Positions 22,301 through 33,950 of a stretch of 64,000 nt of DNA are shown piece by piece (within the stretch, counting starts at the first letter, position 1; every line of letters starts with the position of its first letter). The stretch is from Eledone cirrhosa (lineage: Eukaryota). The stretch is from NCBI GenBank assembly GCA_964016885.1, contig OZ024747.1:74090001-74154000 (forward strand). Reading direction: 5' to 3'. The position numbers and the translations under genes were made by a program. The notes under the pieces were generated by a model that had not been told where the DNA came from, made no database searches, and saw only the letters and a list, made by a program, of their open reading frames with translations.

Positions 22301-23900
22301 CCCTGATGCCCTTGACCATTATGCTGCGAAAAGTGAGAGCAGGATACAAGTTGGGAAGGGGAGAGCTTACCATCAATCACCTCCTCTTCATGGACGATCT
22401 TAAGCTCTTCGGGAAAAGTGAGAAGGAGTTGGATGTGCTTGTTGACACTGTCCGTATTTTCAGCAGTGATATATGTATGCAGTTTGGTATTGGTAAATAT
22501 GGAGTCATTGTGATGAAGAGGGGTAGGTTGAGCAGAAGTAACGGGATCCAGATACCAACAGGTGAGATGATAAAGGAAATTGACTCTGAGGAAGGATACA
22601 AGTATTTGAGCGTTTTGGAGGCTGATGGCATAAAGAACAAAAAAATGAAGGAATTGTTAAGAACTGAATACATTCGGAGAGTAAGGAGCGTATTGAAGTC
22701 ACATCTGAACAGCAGAAATGCCATAAGCGCAGTAAATTCCCGAGCTGTGTCTATTATTAGGTACAGTGCGGGAATTCTGAGATGGAATGTTGCTGAACAA
22801 AAAGAAATGGATAGGAAGACTAGGAAGCTATTGACTATCTACAACATGTTCCACAAGAGGAGTGATGTCGATAGACTCTACCTAAGGAGATCTGAGGGTG
22901 GAAGAGGTCTTATCAGCATAGAGGACTGTGTTCAGATGGAGAAAAACAACCTATACAAATACGTGACCTATAGTAAGGAGCCAATGCTCAAAACTGTACT
23001 GAAGGAGGGGACAGTAGGCCAGGGGATGTCCAAGGAGGAAATAACATCAAGGAGGAAGAGCAGCCTTAAGGGAAAATCCCTTCATAGTACCTTCTTTGAG
23101 AAAACTGAATTTAGAGATCCACAGACATGGAACTGGTTGAGAAGAGGAGACCTCAAAAAGGCTACAGAAGGAATGATAATGGCTGCGCAGGAGCAGGCCC
23201 TCAAAACGAAGTGGTTGAAGCACCATATTTACAAGGAGGAGGCTAGCCCACTGTGCAGGATCTGTGGAGAGAGAGAGGAGACTGTGGCTCACATTGTGTC
23301 CGAGTGTAAGCACCTAGCCCAGACCCACTATAAGGGCTGGAGACACGATGTGATGGGCAGGGTGATCCACTGGCACCTGTGCAAAGTAAACAATCTACCA
23401 CATTCTGAGAAATGGTATGAGCATAGGCCAGAGGCGGTGATGGAGAACAGTCAGGTGAAGGTGCTGTGGGATTTTAGGATACAGACGGACAAAAAACTGG
23501 AACACAATAGACCTGACCTGGTGGTTATGGACAAAGAAAAAAGATCGTGCCTGATTGTGGATGTGGCCTGCCCGTTCGACACGAGAGTGCAAGAGAAGGA
23601 GAGGGAGAAAATTAACCGATACCAGGACCTAAAGTGGGAGGTGAAAAGGATTTGGAACTGCCATGAAGTCAAAGTTATCCCGATTGTCATAGGCGCACTG
23701 GGGACTATCTCCAAAGGTTTCCAGGGATGGTTAAAGAAAATCGGCCCCTTCACGCTTTTTGGAACGCTTCAAAAGGCATGCTTGCTTGGAACAGCAAGAA
23801 CCCTCCGATACGTCCTGAATATCTGAGGCTGCAGGTAGTGGCTTGATATTCACTCCAACGGACTTTCCAGTTAACCAACATCAATGACTGAGATTCAAGG
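19357..23900 (+). mobile_element. R4/Dong-clade family B, full-length copy B2
   Basis: Same 5' end as B1, near-identical sequence, (AAT)n on both sides. Confidence 0.95.
20434..23826 (+). CDS. RT-RLE polyprotein (1130 aa), CCHC intact, YKYLG altered to YKYLS
   Basis: Uninterrupted ORF with the same motifs as B1. Confidence 0.95.
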   Translation: METRTSCDRLSPNRCPLAQQQEPDCQPNTADVGGRRRRKGARTNWTKELNRTVMQCYLKSNPKERGYRRRMHNIWNEIGLFKLDEQKLAGQARVIRTNGWISELELEELSRENGLEMAGVVCQTSEPVGNEGEEVLRTEEPPEADNDLNTEINNTWNRDTATEEMNADGLGQDSVDILNLVVDELNNDSGRPMNLRFVDRKKLKETTAKVNKVIPYLEASSLHQCNNILKATANTVRKLLGIKARGNNRQERAEPWWKKRLSGQIGEMRNDIGKHESLLNGTLKNIGTKNRLEIKYKTRSKKLNIIIEELKQRIVAKSAKIRRYENRVSQYKQNRMFDNNQKMLFGQLEGKERGNDLIPGAEQAKTFWRGIWEQDVRHNAQAGWIETVQREIGEKAQQQTDLSITVETLKGQAKKLTNWKSPGPDGVQGYWIKHLTSLHPKLTAMFNDCLVSGEVPEWLTKGTTVLIMKDRIKGNDFTNYRPITCLPVMWKLLTSIVSEEIYHHLHTNNLLPDEQKGCRKKSRGTKDQLLIDKMVMGNCRRRHTDLAMGWIDYRKAFDMVPHSWITKSLEVFRVADNNRQLLGRSMGSWETELTSTGVSLGSVKIKRGIFQGDSLSPLLFVLALMPLTIMLRKVRAGYKLGRGELTINHLLFMDDLKLFGKSEKELDVLVDTVRIFSSDICMQFGIGKYGVIVMKRGRLSRSNGIQIPTGEMIKEIDSEEGYKYLSVLEADGIKNKKMKELLRTEYIRRVRSVLKSHLNSRNAISAVNSRAVSIIRYSAGILRWNVAEQKEMDRKTRKLLTIYNMFHKRSDVDRLYLRRSEGGRGLISIEDCVQMEKNNLYKYVTYSKEPMLKTVLKEGTVGQGMSKEEITSRRKSSLKGKSLHSTFFEKTEFRDPQTWNWLRRGDLKKATEGMIMAAQEQALKTKWLKHHIYKEEASPLCRICGEREETVAHIVSECKHLAQTHYKGWRHDVMGRVIHWHLCKVNNLPHSEKWYEHRPEAVMENSQVKVLWDFRIQTDKKLEHNRPDLVVMDKEKRSCLIVDVACPFDTRVQEKEREKINRYQDLKWEVKRIWNCHEVKVIPIVIGALGTISKGFQGWLKKIGPFTLFGTLQKACLLGTARTLRYVLNI

Positions 23901-23915
23901 AATAACGACAACGAC

Positions 23916-23961
<46 letters not shown>

Positions 23962-23964
<3 letters not shown>

Positions 23965-24293
23965 GAAATTGGGAAAATGTGGAAATTGAGAACTAAAACA
24001 ATACCAGTGGTTGTAGGCGCTCTGGGAATGATACCTAAGGGGTCTAATGATTACTTATCGCAAATCCCAGGAAACCCGCGTATAGGAGAAATACAAAAGA
24101 TAGTACTAATGGGAACTGCCCATATACTAAGGAAGATTCTGTCAATATAAGTACATCACCAGTCTAAACAGTAAAGATGCATGTGTGAATATGTATGTTC
24201 TTTCTTGAACATGGCGGACCTTGTTGTCTCTTGAGGTCACTGGTTGTGACTTGGTGATAACTCGTATGAACATAAAGCAAGATAAATGCAACT

Positions 24294-24294
<1 letters not shown>
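23962..24294 (+). mobile_element. Family A 3' fragment (A2)
   Basis: Encodes IEIGKMWKLRTKTIPVVVGALG...ILSI plus the A 3'UTR, with (AAT)n on both sides. Confidence 0.93.
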
Positions 24295-24324
<30 letters not shown>

Positions 24325-24325
<1 letters not shown>

Positions 24326-27300
24326 TTGAGAGAGAAAGGGGAAGGTGGCGGTATCACTAGACAAGGAAGAGGCTAGCAAAAGATATAAATAGATTGACTT
24401 AGTGACCTGGCCACCGGCCAAACGTCAACATCAACAACTAAGGCACTGCTGGCTCACCCCTTCCTCACCAACAATATAAAAAGCCCGATCACCACCACCG
24501 ACATAGCCAACAACAATAACAGGCAACTTCAGCAAAAAGTATATTATATTATTGTTTATGCACTGGGTGATTGCTGCCCTTGTGCCTGGAGTGGAGACAA
24601 TTATTAATAATTTCATTCTTAAGCCACGCAATGCTCACATTAAGGAACCACTCATGATAATAACAATTTTAAAAAAACAACAAAAAGAAAACCCCGTGAC
24701 CAAGAAATACCGGGATGGCGGCCGGTGGGGAATAGCCGTGTCTCTAGGGGAGAACGACCCTTCTAGTCTTGGTTGACACTCGTTCTAGAAGTGGTAACAC
24801 GAAATGATTACCCCTTGGCGGATAAGGATAAAACGCGACAAAATAAAGTAAATGTCTAATGATAAAATCTCATACCGGATCGGCCGTCACCCGGGTAAAA
24901 AAGGGCCGCGTCCCTCAGAGAGGAACCAGACTGGGGTCGAAAAATCAGCTAATGGTTCAAACCTTCCGATCACTTCGGAGCTGGAGACCTCCCATAACCG
25001 GAATACTCCTACTGTTGGCCCTCCATGCTCACCACCAAGAAATCCAAAGAAAAGAGAGAAAAATGGTCAAGGGAAGATAATAAAGAAGTCCTTGAGGCTT
25101 TCTACACTGCCATGTACTACCCATCAAATACATCGAATACAGAACAGACATATATCAACTGGAAAAAGAAACATCCCGAAAACAGAGGCTATATTGACAG
25201 TAACAAACTAGCCAATATACAAAGAAATATTGTAAGAAAAAAGTTACTAACTGATATAGAAATTGATCAGATCAAGCTATTAGCACAAAGTCAGCGAAGG
25301 GAAAATGAAACATGTGTCAGCGAAAACGAGGTAAATTGTAACACTTCGAATCCCAGGGTTGGGGCGGAATCACTGGCAACAGAACAAATTAAAGAAAGGA
25401 TCGAAAAAGTGGAGGGAGTGCATGCTCAAGATGAAACCCCAAATGAAAATAATGAGATCGTAAATGATAAAGAAATGAATGAGAATGAACTTGCCAACTT
25501 GAAGGATGAAATTATGATCGAATGGATGAATATGAAAGAATCTGACATGGGGCAACGAGACACCCTCCCTAAGATCCAGAACTCCAAACAGAACCAAAAG
25601 ATAATACACAAGACTAACATAATTCTCAAAAACATTATCATCACAAACAAACTAAACATTACTGATTTAAATCATCTCTATTATGCATCGGTTAAAGTCA
25701 CCACTCACTTATGTGGAGTGAAGATGAAAAAACAAAGGAATTCCCACAAGAAATCTACTTGGCAAGAGAACATCAATCGCCAAATAAACCTTCTCCGATC
25801 TGACATAGAAATTTTAACAAACTATAAAGTAGGTGAACATTTTAAACAAACTAAACTTAGAAAATTGAAAAAATGTACAGTATAAAATCAACAAGTGACA
25901 TAGACATGCTGATAGAAATAATCAAGCAAAAAGGGTAGGCCAAAGCTGCTAGTATAAGGCGTTTTGAAAAACGATCTAGATTCTATAAGGACAATAATAT
26001 GTTCAAAAAACAACCAAAGAAAATTCTACAGAAAAATTGGTAAGTCAACAATAACTGCTAAATCAATACCACCCAAGGAGGAAGTGCAAGAATTCTGGGA
26101 AAAGATCTGGGCCGAAGAAAAAGTTCATAACATACATGCCCCATGGATAGACAGACAAATGAAAGATACAGCTCACCTTGATGAACAAATATGGGAAAAT
26201 ATAACAGTTGAACAGTTGCGCTTGGCTCTAAGAAAAACCAGCAAATGGAAATCCCCAGGAAAAGACAAAATACAAAACTTTTGGATAAATGCCTTCACAG
26301 AGTCTCATGAGCTGTTAGCCCAACATTACAATGAAATAGTTAAGGAGCCAGCAAAGATACCATCATGGCTAGTTAACGGCATTACATTCCTGCTTCCGAA
26401 GAATGATGAGACAAACAATCCCAAAAATTACAGACCGATAACTTGCTTGACCACAATGTATGAAATTTTAACATCAGTCCTAACTGAATACACATATGAC
26501 CACCTGATAACAAATGACCTATTTCCCATTGAGCAGAAAGGGTGTAAACGAGGCTCATATGGCTGTAAGGATCAGCTTCTGGTTAACAAAATGATACTGG
26601 AAGATTGTCATAATAGGCACAAAAATCTATCGATTGCTTGGATAGATTATAAAAAAGCATTCGATAGTTTGCCACACAGTTGGATTGAAAAATGTTTAGA
26701 GATTTTCAAAATATCCCCCGTTGTCAGGAGGTTTTTGTCATTCAGTATAAAGACATGGAAAACGACACTCCTTTTGAATAGTGAAACAAAATCACTGGAA
26801 GCTGGAGAAGTTAATATTAATTGTGGAATTTTTCAGGGTGACTCTTTATCACCGCTTTTATTCTGCATCGCACTTATACCATTAAGTAAAATGCTCAATG
26901 AAACAAAACATGGATATAAAGTCTATGACAAAACCATTAATCACTTGTTCTACATGGATGACCTGAAACTATTTGCAAAAAATGATGAACAATTGCAAGG
27001 GCTATTATCCACTGTGGAGCAGTTCAGTGGTGACATTAAAATGGAGTTTGGACTAGATAAATGTGCCAAAGCAACGTTCACCAGAGGAAAGCTGCTGAAG
27101 AGTTCAGACATTAATCTTGATCGGGGGAACGTGATAAGAGAACTTGATCAAGAAAAAACTTACAAATATCTAGGTGTTTGTGAAGGAGACGGAATCAAGC
27201 ACTCGACAATGAGGGAAAGGATAAGGAAGGAATGTTACCGCAGAGTAAGAGCAATCTTAAGAACGGAATTGAATGCAAGGAATAGGATCGATGCCATAAA

Positions 27301-28641
27301 CACGCTTGCCATACCAGTAGTAACCTACAGTTACAATGTCATCAACTGATCAAGCACAGAGATCCGTAGGCTCGATACAAAAATTCGAAAATTCTTAACC
27401 ATGCACAGAATGCATCACCCTAAGGCAGATATAGATAGAATATATCTCCCTAGGAAAGAAGGAGGACGTGGGTTAATCCAGTTAGACATTGCGTTGAAAA
27501 CTGCAACAATTGGATTATCTACATATCTAAGGGAATCACATGATTGGATGATCAAACTCGTTTTGAAACACGAAAGCATCAAAAGATCATATTCCATTAC
27601 AAAAGATGCACAAAGATACAGTAATGGACTACAAATTTCAGAAGTCCCATTTACTGCTGAAATGGAAAACACAGAAAAAGCAAAGCAGGTAAAAGTAACT
27701 GCAAAGAAAGAACTGCTACAGAAACTGGCTAAGAAATGGCAAGAAAAGCCTCTGTATGGAAAATACCCAGAGCGAGCTAACAATCCTGATGTTGACAAAA
27801 CTTTAACCCATCAGTGGTTGGCATCCTCTGGACTGAAATCGGAGACTGAAGGACTGATTATATCAGCACAAGATCAGTGTCTGCCAACAAAAAATTACCA
27901 AGGCAACATAATAAAAAATGGATGCAGCCCATTATGCCGTGTATGCAAAAAACAACCAGAGACCATTGACCATATAATTTCAATGTGCAGTCCTATAGCT
28001 CCAACCGAATACCTAAACAGGCATGACAGGGCTGCACAATACATACATTGGATAATGTGTAAGCATTTTGACCTGCCCCATCAAAAGAATTGGTGGGAGC
28101 ATCAACCACCTCCCATACTTGAAAAAGATCACATCTCAATCTTGTGGAACTTTAGCATCCAAACAGACCGAAAAATAGATGCAAATAGACCTGATATAAT
28201 ATTGAAGGACTTTAAAAAGATGGTATGCCTGCTAATTGATATGTCTGTTCCAATAGACAAGAATGTATCTATAAAAACATTTGAAAAATTGAGCAAGTAT
28301 AAGGACCTGGAGATAGAAATTGGAAAAATGTGGAAATTGAGAACTAAAACAATACCAGTGGTTGTAGGTGCTCTGGAAATGATACCTAAGGGGTCTAATG
28401 ATTACTTATCGCAAATCCCAGGAAACCCGCGTATAGGAGAAATACAAAAGATAGTACTAATGGGAACTGCCCATATACTACGGAAGATTCTGTCAATATG
28501 AGTACATCACAAGTCTAAACACTAAAGATGCATGTGTGAGTATGTATGTTCTTTCTTGAACATGGCGGACCTTGTTGTCTCTTGAGGTCACTGGTTGTGA
28601 CTTGGTGATAACTCGTATGAACATAAAGCAAGATAAATGCA
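24325..28641 (+). pseudogene. Family A probable full-length copy A3, disrupted ORF
   Basis: ORF pieces 24852-25211, 25025-25885, 25964-27349 and 27401-28501 are separated by frameshifts and stops (TGG>TGA at 27347). Bounded by (AAT)n. Confidence 0.92.
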
Positions 28642-28655
28642 AATAATAATAATAA

Positions 28656-31086
28656 GACAGCTTGAGGGGAAAGAAAGAAGCAACGACTTGATCCCTGAGG
28701 CGGAACAAACTAAAACATTCTGGAGAGGAATATGGGAGCAGGATGTTAGACATAATGACCAGGCAGTGTGGATTGAGACAGTACAGCGGGAGATCGGTGA
28801 GCAGGCACACCAACAAACTGATTTGAGTATCACAGTTGAAACTCTTAAGGGGCAGGCCAAAAAACTAACCAACTGGAAATCACCAGGCCCAGATGGTGTG
28901 CAGGGGTATTGGATTAAAAATATAACATCCCTCCACCCGAAACTGACAACCATGTTCAATGACTGCTTGATGTCGGTTGAGGTACCAGAGTGGTTGACAA
29001 AAGGTACCACAGTTCTGATAATGAAAGACCGAATCAAGGGTAATGATGTTACCAACTATAGACCTATCACATGTCTGTCCGTAATGTGGAAACTGTTGAC
29101 GAACATCGTGTCTGAGGAAATCTACCATCACCTCCACACAAAAAATTTGTTACCGGACGAACAGAAATGATGCCGAAAGAAGTCACGTGGTACAAAGGAC
29201 CAGTTGCTTACTGATAAGATGGTAATGGGGAATTGCAGGAGGAGACACACTGATCTTGCCATGGGATGGATAGACTACAGAAAGGCATTTGACATGGTGC
29301 CTCATTCTTGGATCACCAAAAGCCTGGAGATCTTCAAGGTGGCAGATAACATCAGACAGTTGTTGGGCAAGAGTATGAGGTCCTGGGAAACAGAGTTGAC
29401 ATCAACTGGAGAATCCTTGGGAAGCGTGAAGATCAAGAGAGGTATCTTCCAGGGAGATAGCCTGTCCCCTCTGTTGTTTGTCCTTGCCCTGATGCCCTTG
29501 ACCATTATGCTGCGAAAAGTGAGAGCAGGATACAAGTTGGGAAGGGGAGAGCTTACCATCAATCACCTCCTCTTCATGGACGATCTTAAGCTCTTCGGGA
29601 AAAGTGAGAAGGAGTTGGATGTGCTTGTTGACACTGTCCGTATTTTCAGCAGTGATATATGTATGCAGTTTGGTATTGGTAAATGTGGAGTCATTGTGAT
29701 GAAGAGGGGTAGGTTGAGCAGAAGTAACGGGATCCAGATACCAACAGGTGAGATGATAAAGGAAATTGACTCTGAGGAAGGATACAAGTATTTGGGCGTT
29801 CTGGAGGCTGATGGCATAAAGAACAAAAAAATGAAGGAATTGTTAAGAACTGAATACATTCGGAGAGTAAGGAGCGTATTGAAGTCACATCTGAACAGCA
29901 GAAATGCCATAAGCGCAGTAAATTCCCGAGCTGTGTCTATTATTAGGTACAGTGCGGGAATTCTGAGATGGAATGTTGCTGAACAAAAAGAAATGGATAG
30001 GAAGACTAGGAAGCTATTGACTATCTACAACATGTTCCACAAGAGGAGTGATGTCGATAGACTCTACCTAAGGAGATCTGAGGGTGGAAGAGGTCTTATC
30101 AGCATAGAGGATTGTGTTCAGATGGAGAAAAACAACCTATACAAATACGTGACCTATAGTAAGGAGCCAATGCTCAGAGCTGTACTGAAGGAGGGGACAG
30201 TAGGCCAGGGGATATCCAAGGAGGAAATAACATCAAGGAGGAAGAGCAGCCTTAAGGGAAAATCCCTTCATAGTACCTTCTTTGAGAAAACTGAATTTAG
30301 AGATCCACAGACATGGAACTGGTTGAGAAGAGGAGACCTCAAAAAGGCTACAGAAGGAATGCTAATGGCTGCGCAGGAGCAGGCCCTCAAAACGAAGTGG
30401 TTGAAGCACCATATCTACAAGGAGGAGGCTAGCCCACTGTGCAGGATCTGTGGAGAGAGAGAGGAGACTGTGGCCCACATTGTGTCCGAGTGTAAACACC
30501 TAGCCCAGACCCACTATAAGGGCTGGAGACACGATGTGATGGGCAGGGTGATCCACTGGCACCTGTGCAAAGTAAACAATCTACCACATTCTGAGAAATG
30601 GTATGAGCATAGGCCAGAGGCGGTGATGGAGAACAGTCAGGTGAAGGTGCTGTGGGATTTTAGGATACAGACGGACAAAAAACTGGAACACAATAGACCT
30701 GACCTGGTGGTTGTGGACAAAGAAAAAAGATCGTGCCTGATTGTGGATGTGGCCTGCCCGTTCGACACGAGAGTGCAAGAGAAGGAGAGGGAGAAAATTA
30801 ACCGATACCAGGACCTAAAGTGGGAGGTAAAAAGGATTTGGAACTGCCATGAAGTCAAAGTGATCCCGATTGTCATAGGCGCACTGGGGACTATCTCCAA
30901 AGGTTTCCAGGGATGGTTAAAGAAAATCGGCCCCTTCACGCTTTTTGGAACGCTTCAAAAGGCATGCTTGCTTGGAACGGCAAGAACCCTCCGATACGTC
31001 CTGAATATCTGAGGCTGCAGGTAGTGGCTTGATATTCAATCCAACGGACTTTCCAGTTAACCAACATCAATGACTGAGATTCAAGG
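28656..31086 (+). pseudogene. Family B 5'-truncated copy B3 with in-frame stop
   Basis: Starts GACAGCTTGAGGGG after a short (AAT)n. GGA>TGA at 29168. The remainder (29204-31012) is open. Confidence 0.93.
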
Positions 31087-31119
31087 AATAACAATAACAA
31101 TAATAATAATAATAATAAT

Positions 31120-31619
31120 GTTTTCTTTATTAACCACAAGGGTTCACATAAAGTAGACATTAAGGACAGTACAGGACAATACAGGACGGTACAAATGGGC
31201 ATTTCTGCGTGTAAAAAAACAGAGGTTGAAATAAAATAACAAAGAAAAATTCCCCAATAGGGGGGAGACTTCCAAGGGACATTTGTGGAGAAAGCCCATT
31301 AAAAGACCACAGTTGCCCTGCCCACCAGGGCAAGTGCCCTCTCCCAGTTTTCCACCTTTAATTTACAGACACATACTCAGAGAAGGCCCATTCATTCGGG
31401 CCATACTTGCTTCTCTCACCTATCTTTCAACAAAATGCTGGGAAGAGAGCACTTCCCTCTCTACCCTGATTTTCCTTTTCAAATGAAATTTGAAAAAGTT
31501 AATCAGGGCATCACCGAAGAGGTAAGTGCTCGTCTTCAGCCCTTTCAAACGTGTCCACCATACTATCTCTTTCGCCATGGCCACCAGACAGATAAAAACT
31601 GCCTGCCCTTCCAGGCTAA

Positions 31620-31620
<1 letters not shown>
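31120..31620 (-). mobile_element. 3' end of a Tx1/L1-type element in (ATT)n, antisense to the nest
   Basis: Minus-strand peptide FICLVAMAKEIVWWTRLKG...FFKFHLKRKIRVEREVLS resembles an L1/Tx1 ORF2 C-terminus. It is followed by a 3'UTR with AATAAA and then (ATT)n. Confidence 0.7.
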
Positions 31621-31652
<32 letters not shown>

Positions 31653-31655
<3 letters not shown>

Positions 31656-31886
31656 TACAAAAGATAGTACTAATGGGAACTAAATACAAAAGATAGTACT
31701 AATGGGAACTGCCCATATACTAAGGAAGATTCTGTCAATATAAATAGATCACAAGTCTAAACACCTAAAGATGCATGTGTGTGTATGTATGTTCTTTCTT
31801 GAATATGGCGGACCTTGTTGTCTCTTGAGGTCACTGGTTGTGACTTGGTGATAACTCGTATGAATATAAAGCAAGATAAATGCAAC

Positions 31887-31887
<1 letters not shown>
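31653..31887 (+). mobile_element. Family A 3' fragment (A4) with duplicated 29-nt 5' end
   Basis: AAATACAAAAGATAGTACTAATGGGAACT occurs twice (31653, 31682), followed by the A 3'UTR and (AAT)n. Confidence 0.9.
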
Positions 31888-31920
<33 letters not shown>

Positions 31921-32048
31921 TGGTAAACAACTTGTTTCAATTACTCTAGCAGATGCATAAATAATTTCATTTAACTCAGTAAGATCAGGTTCTAGTTTTT
32001 CTATCATTTCTTTTGTCACAGAATTACCAATCATTATTTGTTTTCTGT

Positions 32049-32234
32049 CGGGCGGTGGATTGGCAATATCAGTAGAGGGTCGGACGCCATGCTTTCCAGC
32101 ATAGTTACGTCCCTTTACGATCTGAGTTCAAATCCCGCCGAGGTTGACTTTGCCTTTCATCCTTACGGGGTCGATAAAATAAAGTACCAGTAATGCACTG
32201 GGTAATTGCTGGCCTTGTGCCTAAAGTAGAAACA
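32049..32234 (+). mobile_element. SINE S1 with 16-bp target-site duplication
   Basis: ATTATTTGTTTTCTGT at 32033-32048 and 32235-32250. Confidence 0.92.
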
Positions 32235-32250
32235 ATTATTTGTTTTCTGT

Positions 32251-32350
32251 TTTGGATTGTATTTTGGATTGTATTTTGGATTGTATTTTGGATTGTATTT
32301 TGGATTGTATTTTGGATTGTATTTTGGATTGTATTTTGGATTGTATTTTT
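32251..32350. repeat. 12-bp minisatellite (TTTTGGATTGTA) x ~8
   Basis: Read directly. Confidence 0.95.
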
Positions 32351-33950
32351 GAAGTGGCTCTCTATCACTAGAATGTCTTACTTCTGCAAGCTCATTCAGT
32401 ATTTTTTGCTTTAATTCTTTTATAGTCTCCCTGTGATCCTCATCATATGTTTGGTTTCCAATTACTATTTCTAAGTCCCTCTCCTGGCTATTTTCAGCGG
32501 GTTCAATAGGGCTTCTCATTTCTACAAACCTATCGGCCCATAACCTGCTATAAACTATTAACCTTTATTCTCATGGAAAAAGCATACGTGTTTTTGGAGG
32601 AGAACAATCTTTTCCCCATTGAACAAAAAGGGTGCCGACGAGGTTGCAAAGATCAACTTTTGATTAATCGTGTGATCCGTTGAGAACTGTCATAATAAAC
32701 ACAGAAATCTCAGTTCTGCATGGATCGATTATAAGAAAAGCCTCACTCATGGATTACTGAAATCATTGGACATCTTCAAAATCTCACTTGTGATCTCAAA
32801 CTTCCTGAAACACAGTATGTCATTATGGAACACAAATATCCAATTGTCTCATTCCACTGGGGTACTGTGCTCTAGGAATATAAACATCAACTGTGATATA
32901 TTCCAGGGTGACTCACTTTCACCCTTGCTTTTCTGCATAGCTTTAATACCCCTTACATCCGAACTTAATAGAACAGGGTACGGTTATAGAATTGACAACC
33001 AAAAAATAAGCCACCTATTTTATATGGAATATTTGAAGCTATATTGCAAAGATAATGACGAACTGGAAGGCCTTTTGCGGACAGTAAAAACGTTTAGCGA
33101 TGACATCAGGATGGAGTTTGGACTTGACAAGTGTGCAAAAGCCACTTTCAAGAAGGAGAAGCTTGTCAACTCAGACTCAGTTGAATTGGATGCTGAAACA
33201 ATCATAAAGGAACTTGAGCAGGAACAAACCTATAAATACTTAGGGATTAATGAGAGCTCTGGCATACAGCATGCAAGTATGAAAGAGAGTATAAGGAAAG
33301 AATGTTACAGGAGAGTACGTGCAGTTCTGAGATCAGAACTAAACGCTCGTAACAAGGTGCTAGCCATAAATTCCTTGGCAATCCCAGTTATCACTTATAG
33401 CTTCGGTGTGTTGAACTGGAATATGAGTGAAATCAAAAGAATCGACACCCAAGTCCGTAAGCTACTGACCTGTAATAGGATGCACCACCCAAAAGCAGAT
33501 TTGGATCGTCTTTACCTTCTTAGAACTCAAAGAGGCCGTGGCCTGATCCAATTTTTAACTTGCTTACAAGACCACCATCATTTGACTGGCCAAATACCTT
33601 GAAACAACTAACGACTGTATGCTGAAACTTGTTGTAAATCATGAGAGAAGTAAGAAGCTTCATTCTATCTTGAAGGAGAGCAAAAAATATGCTACTGATC
33701 TCATGCTTGATACCCAGGCTGGACAGACTAAAGAAACTGTTGCAACTGATGGTGTTAGGCACATAAATTCACTGACAAAAGCAAAAGGGCAAGGACAATT
33801 AGCATCAAATTGGGAGTAGAAACCTCTGCATGGCAAATATGTGGCCCGTAACAAACAAGCTGATGTTGGTCAAAAGCACACCCATCAGTGGCTACGTAGT
33901 TCAGGGCTAAAGGCGGAGAGTGAAGGCTTCATCTTAGCTCCCCAAGATCA

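Larger units (their letters stand above)
31920..33950 (+). pseudogene. Third R4/Dong-type family (C), decayed, with an inverted 5' segment
   Basis: The + strand from ~32527 has [28 protein letters not shown] and GLKAESEG. The minus strand at 31920-32526 encodes PDLTELNEIIYASARVI, homologous to family A LNITDLNHLYYASVKVT. Confidence 0.85.
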
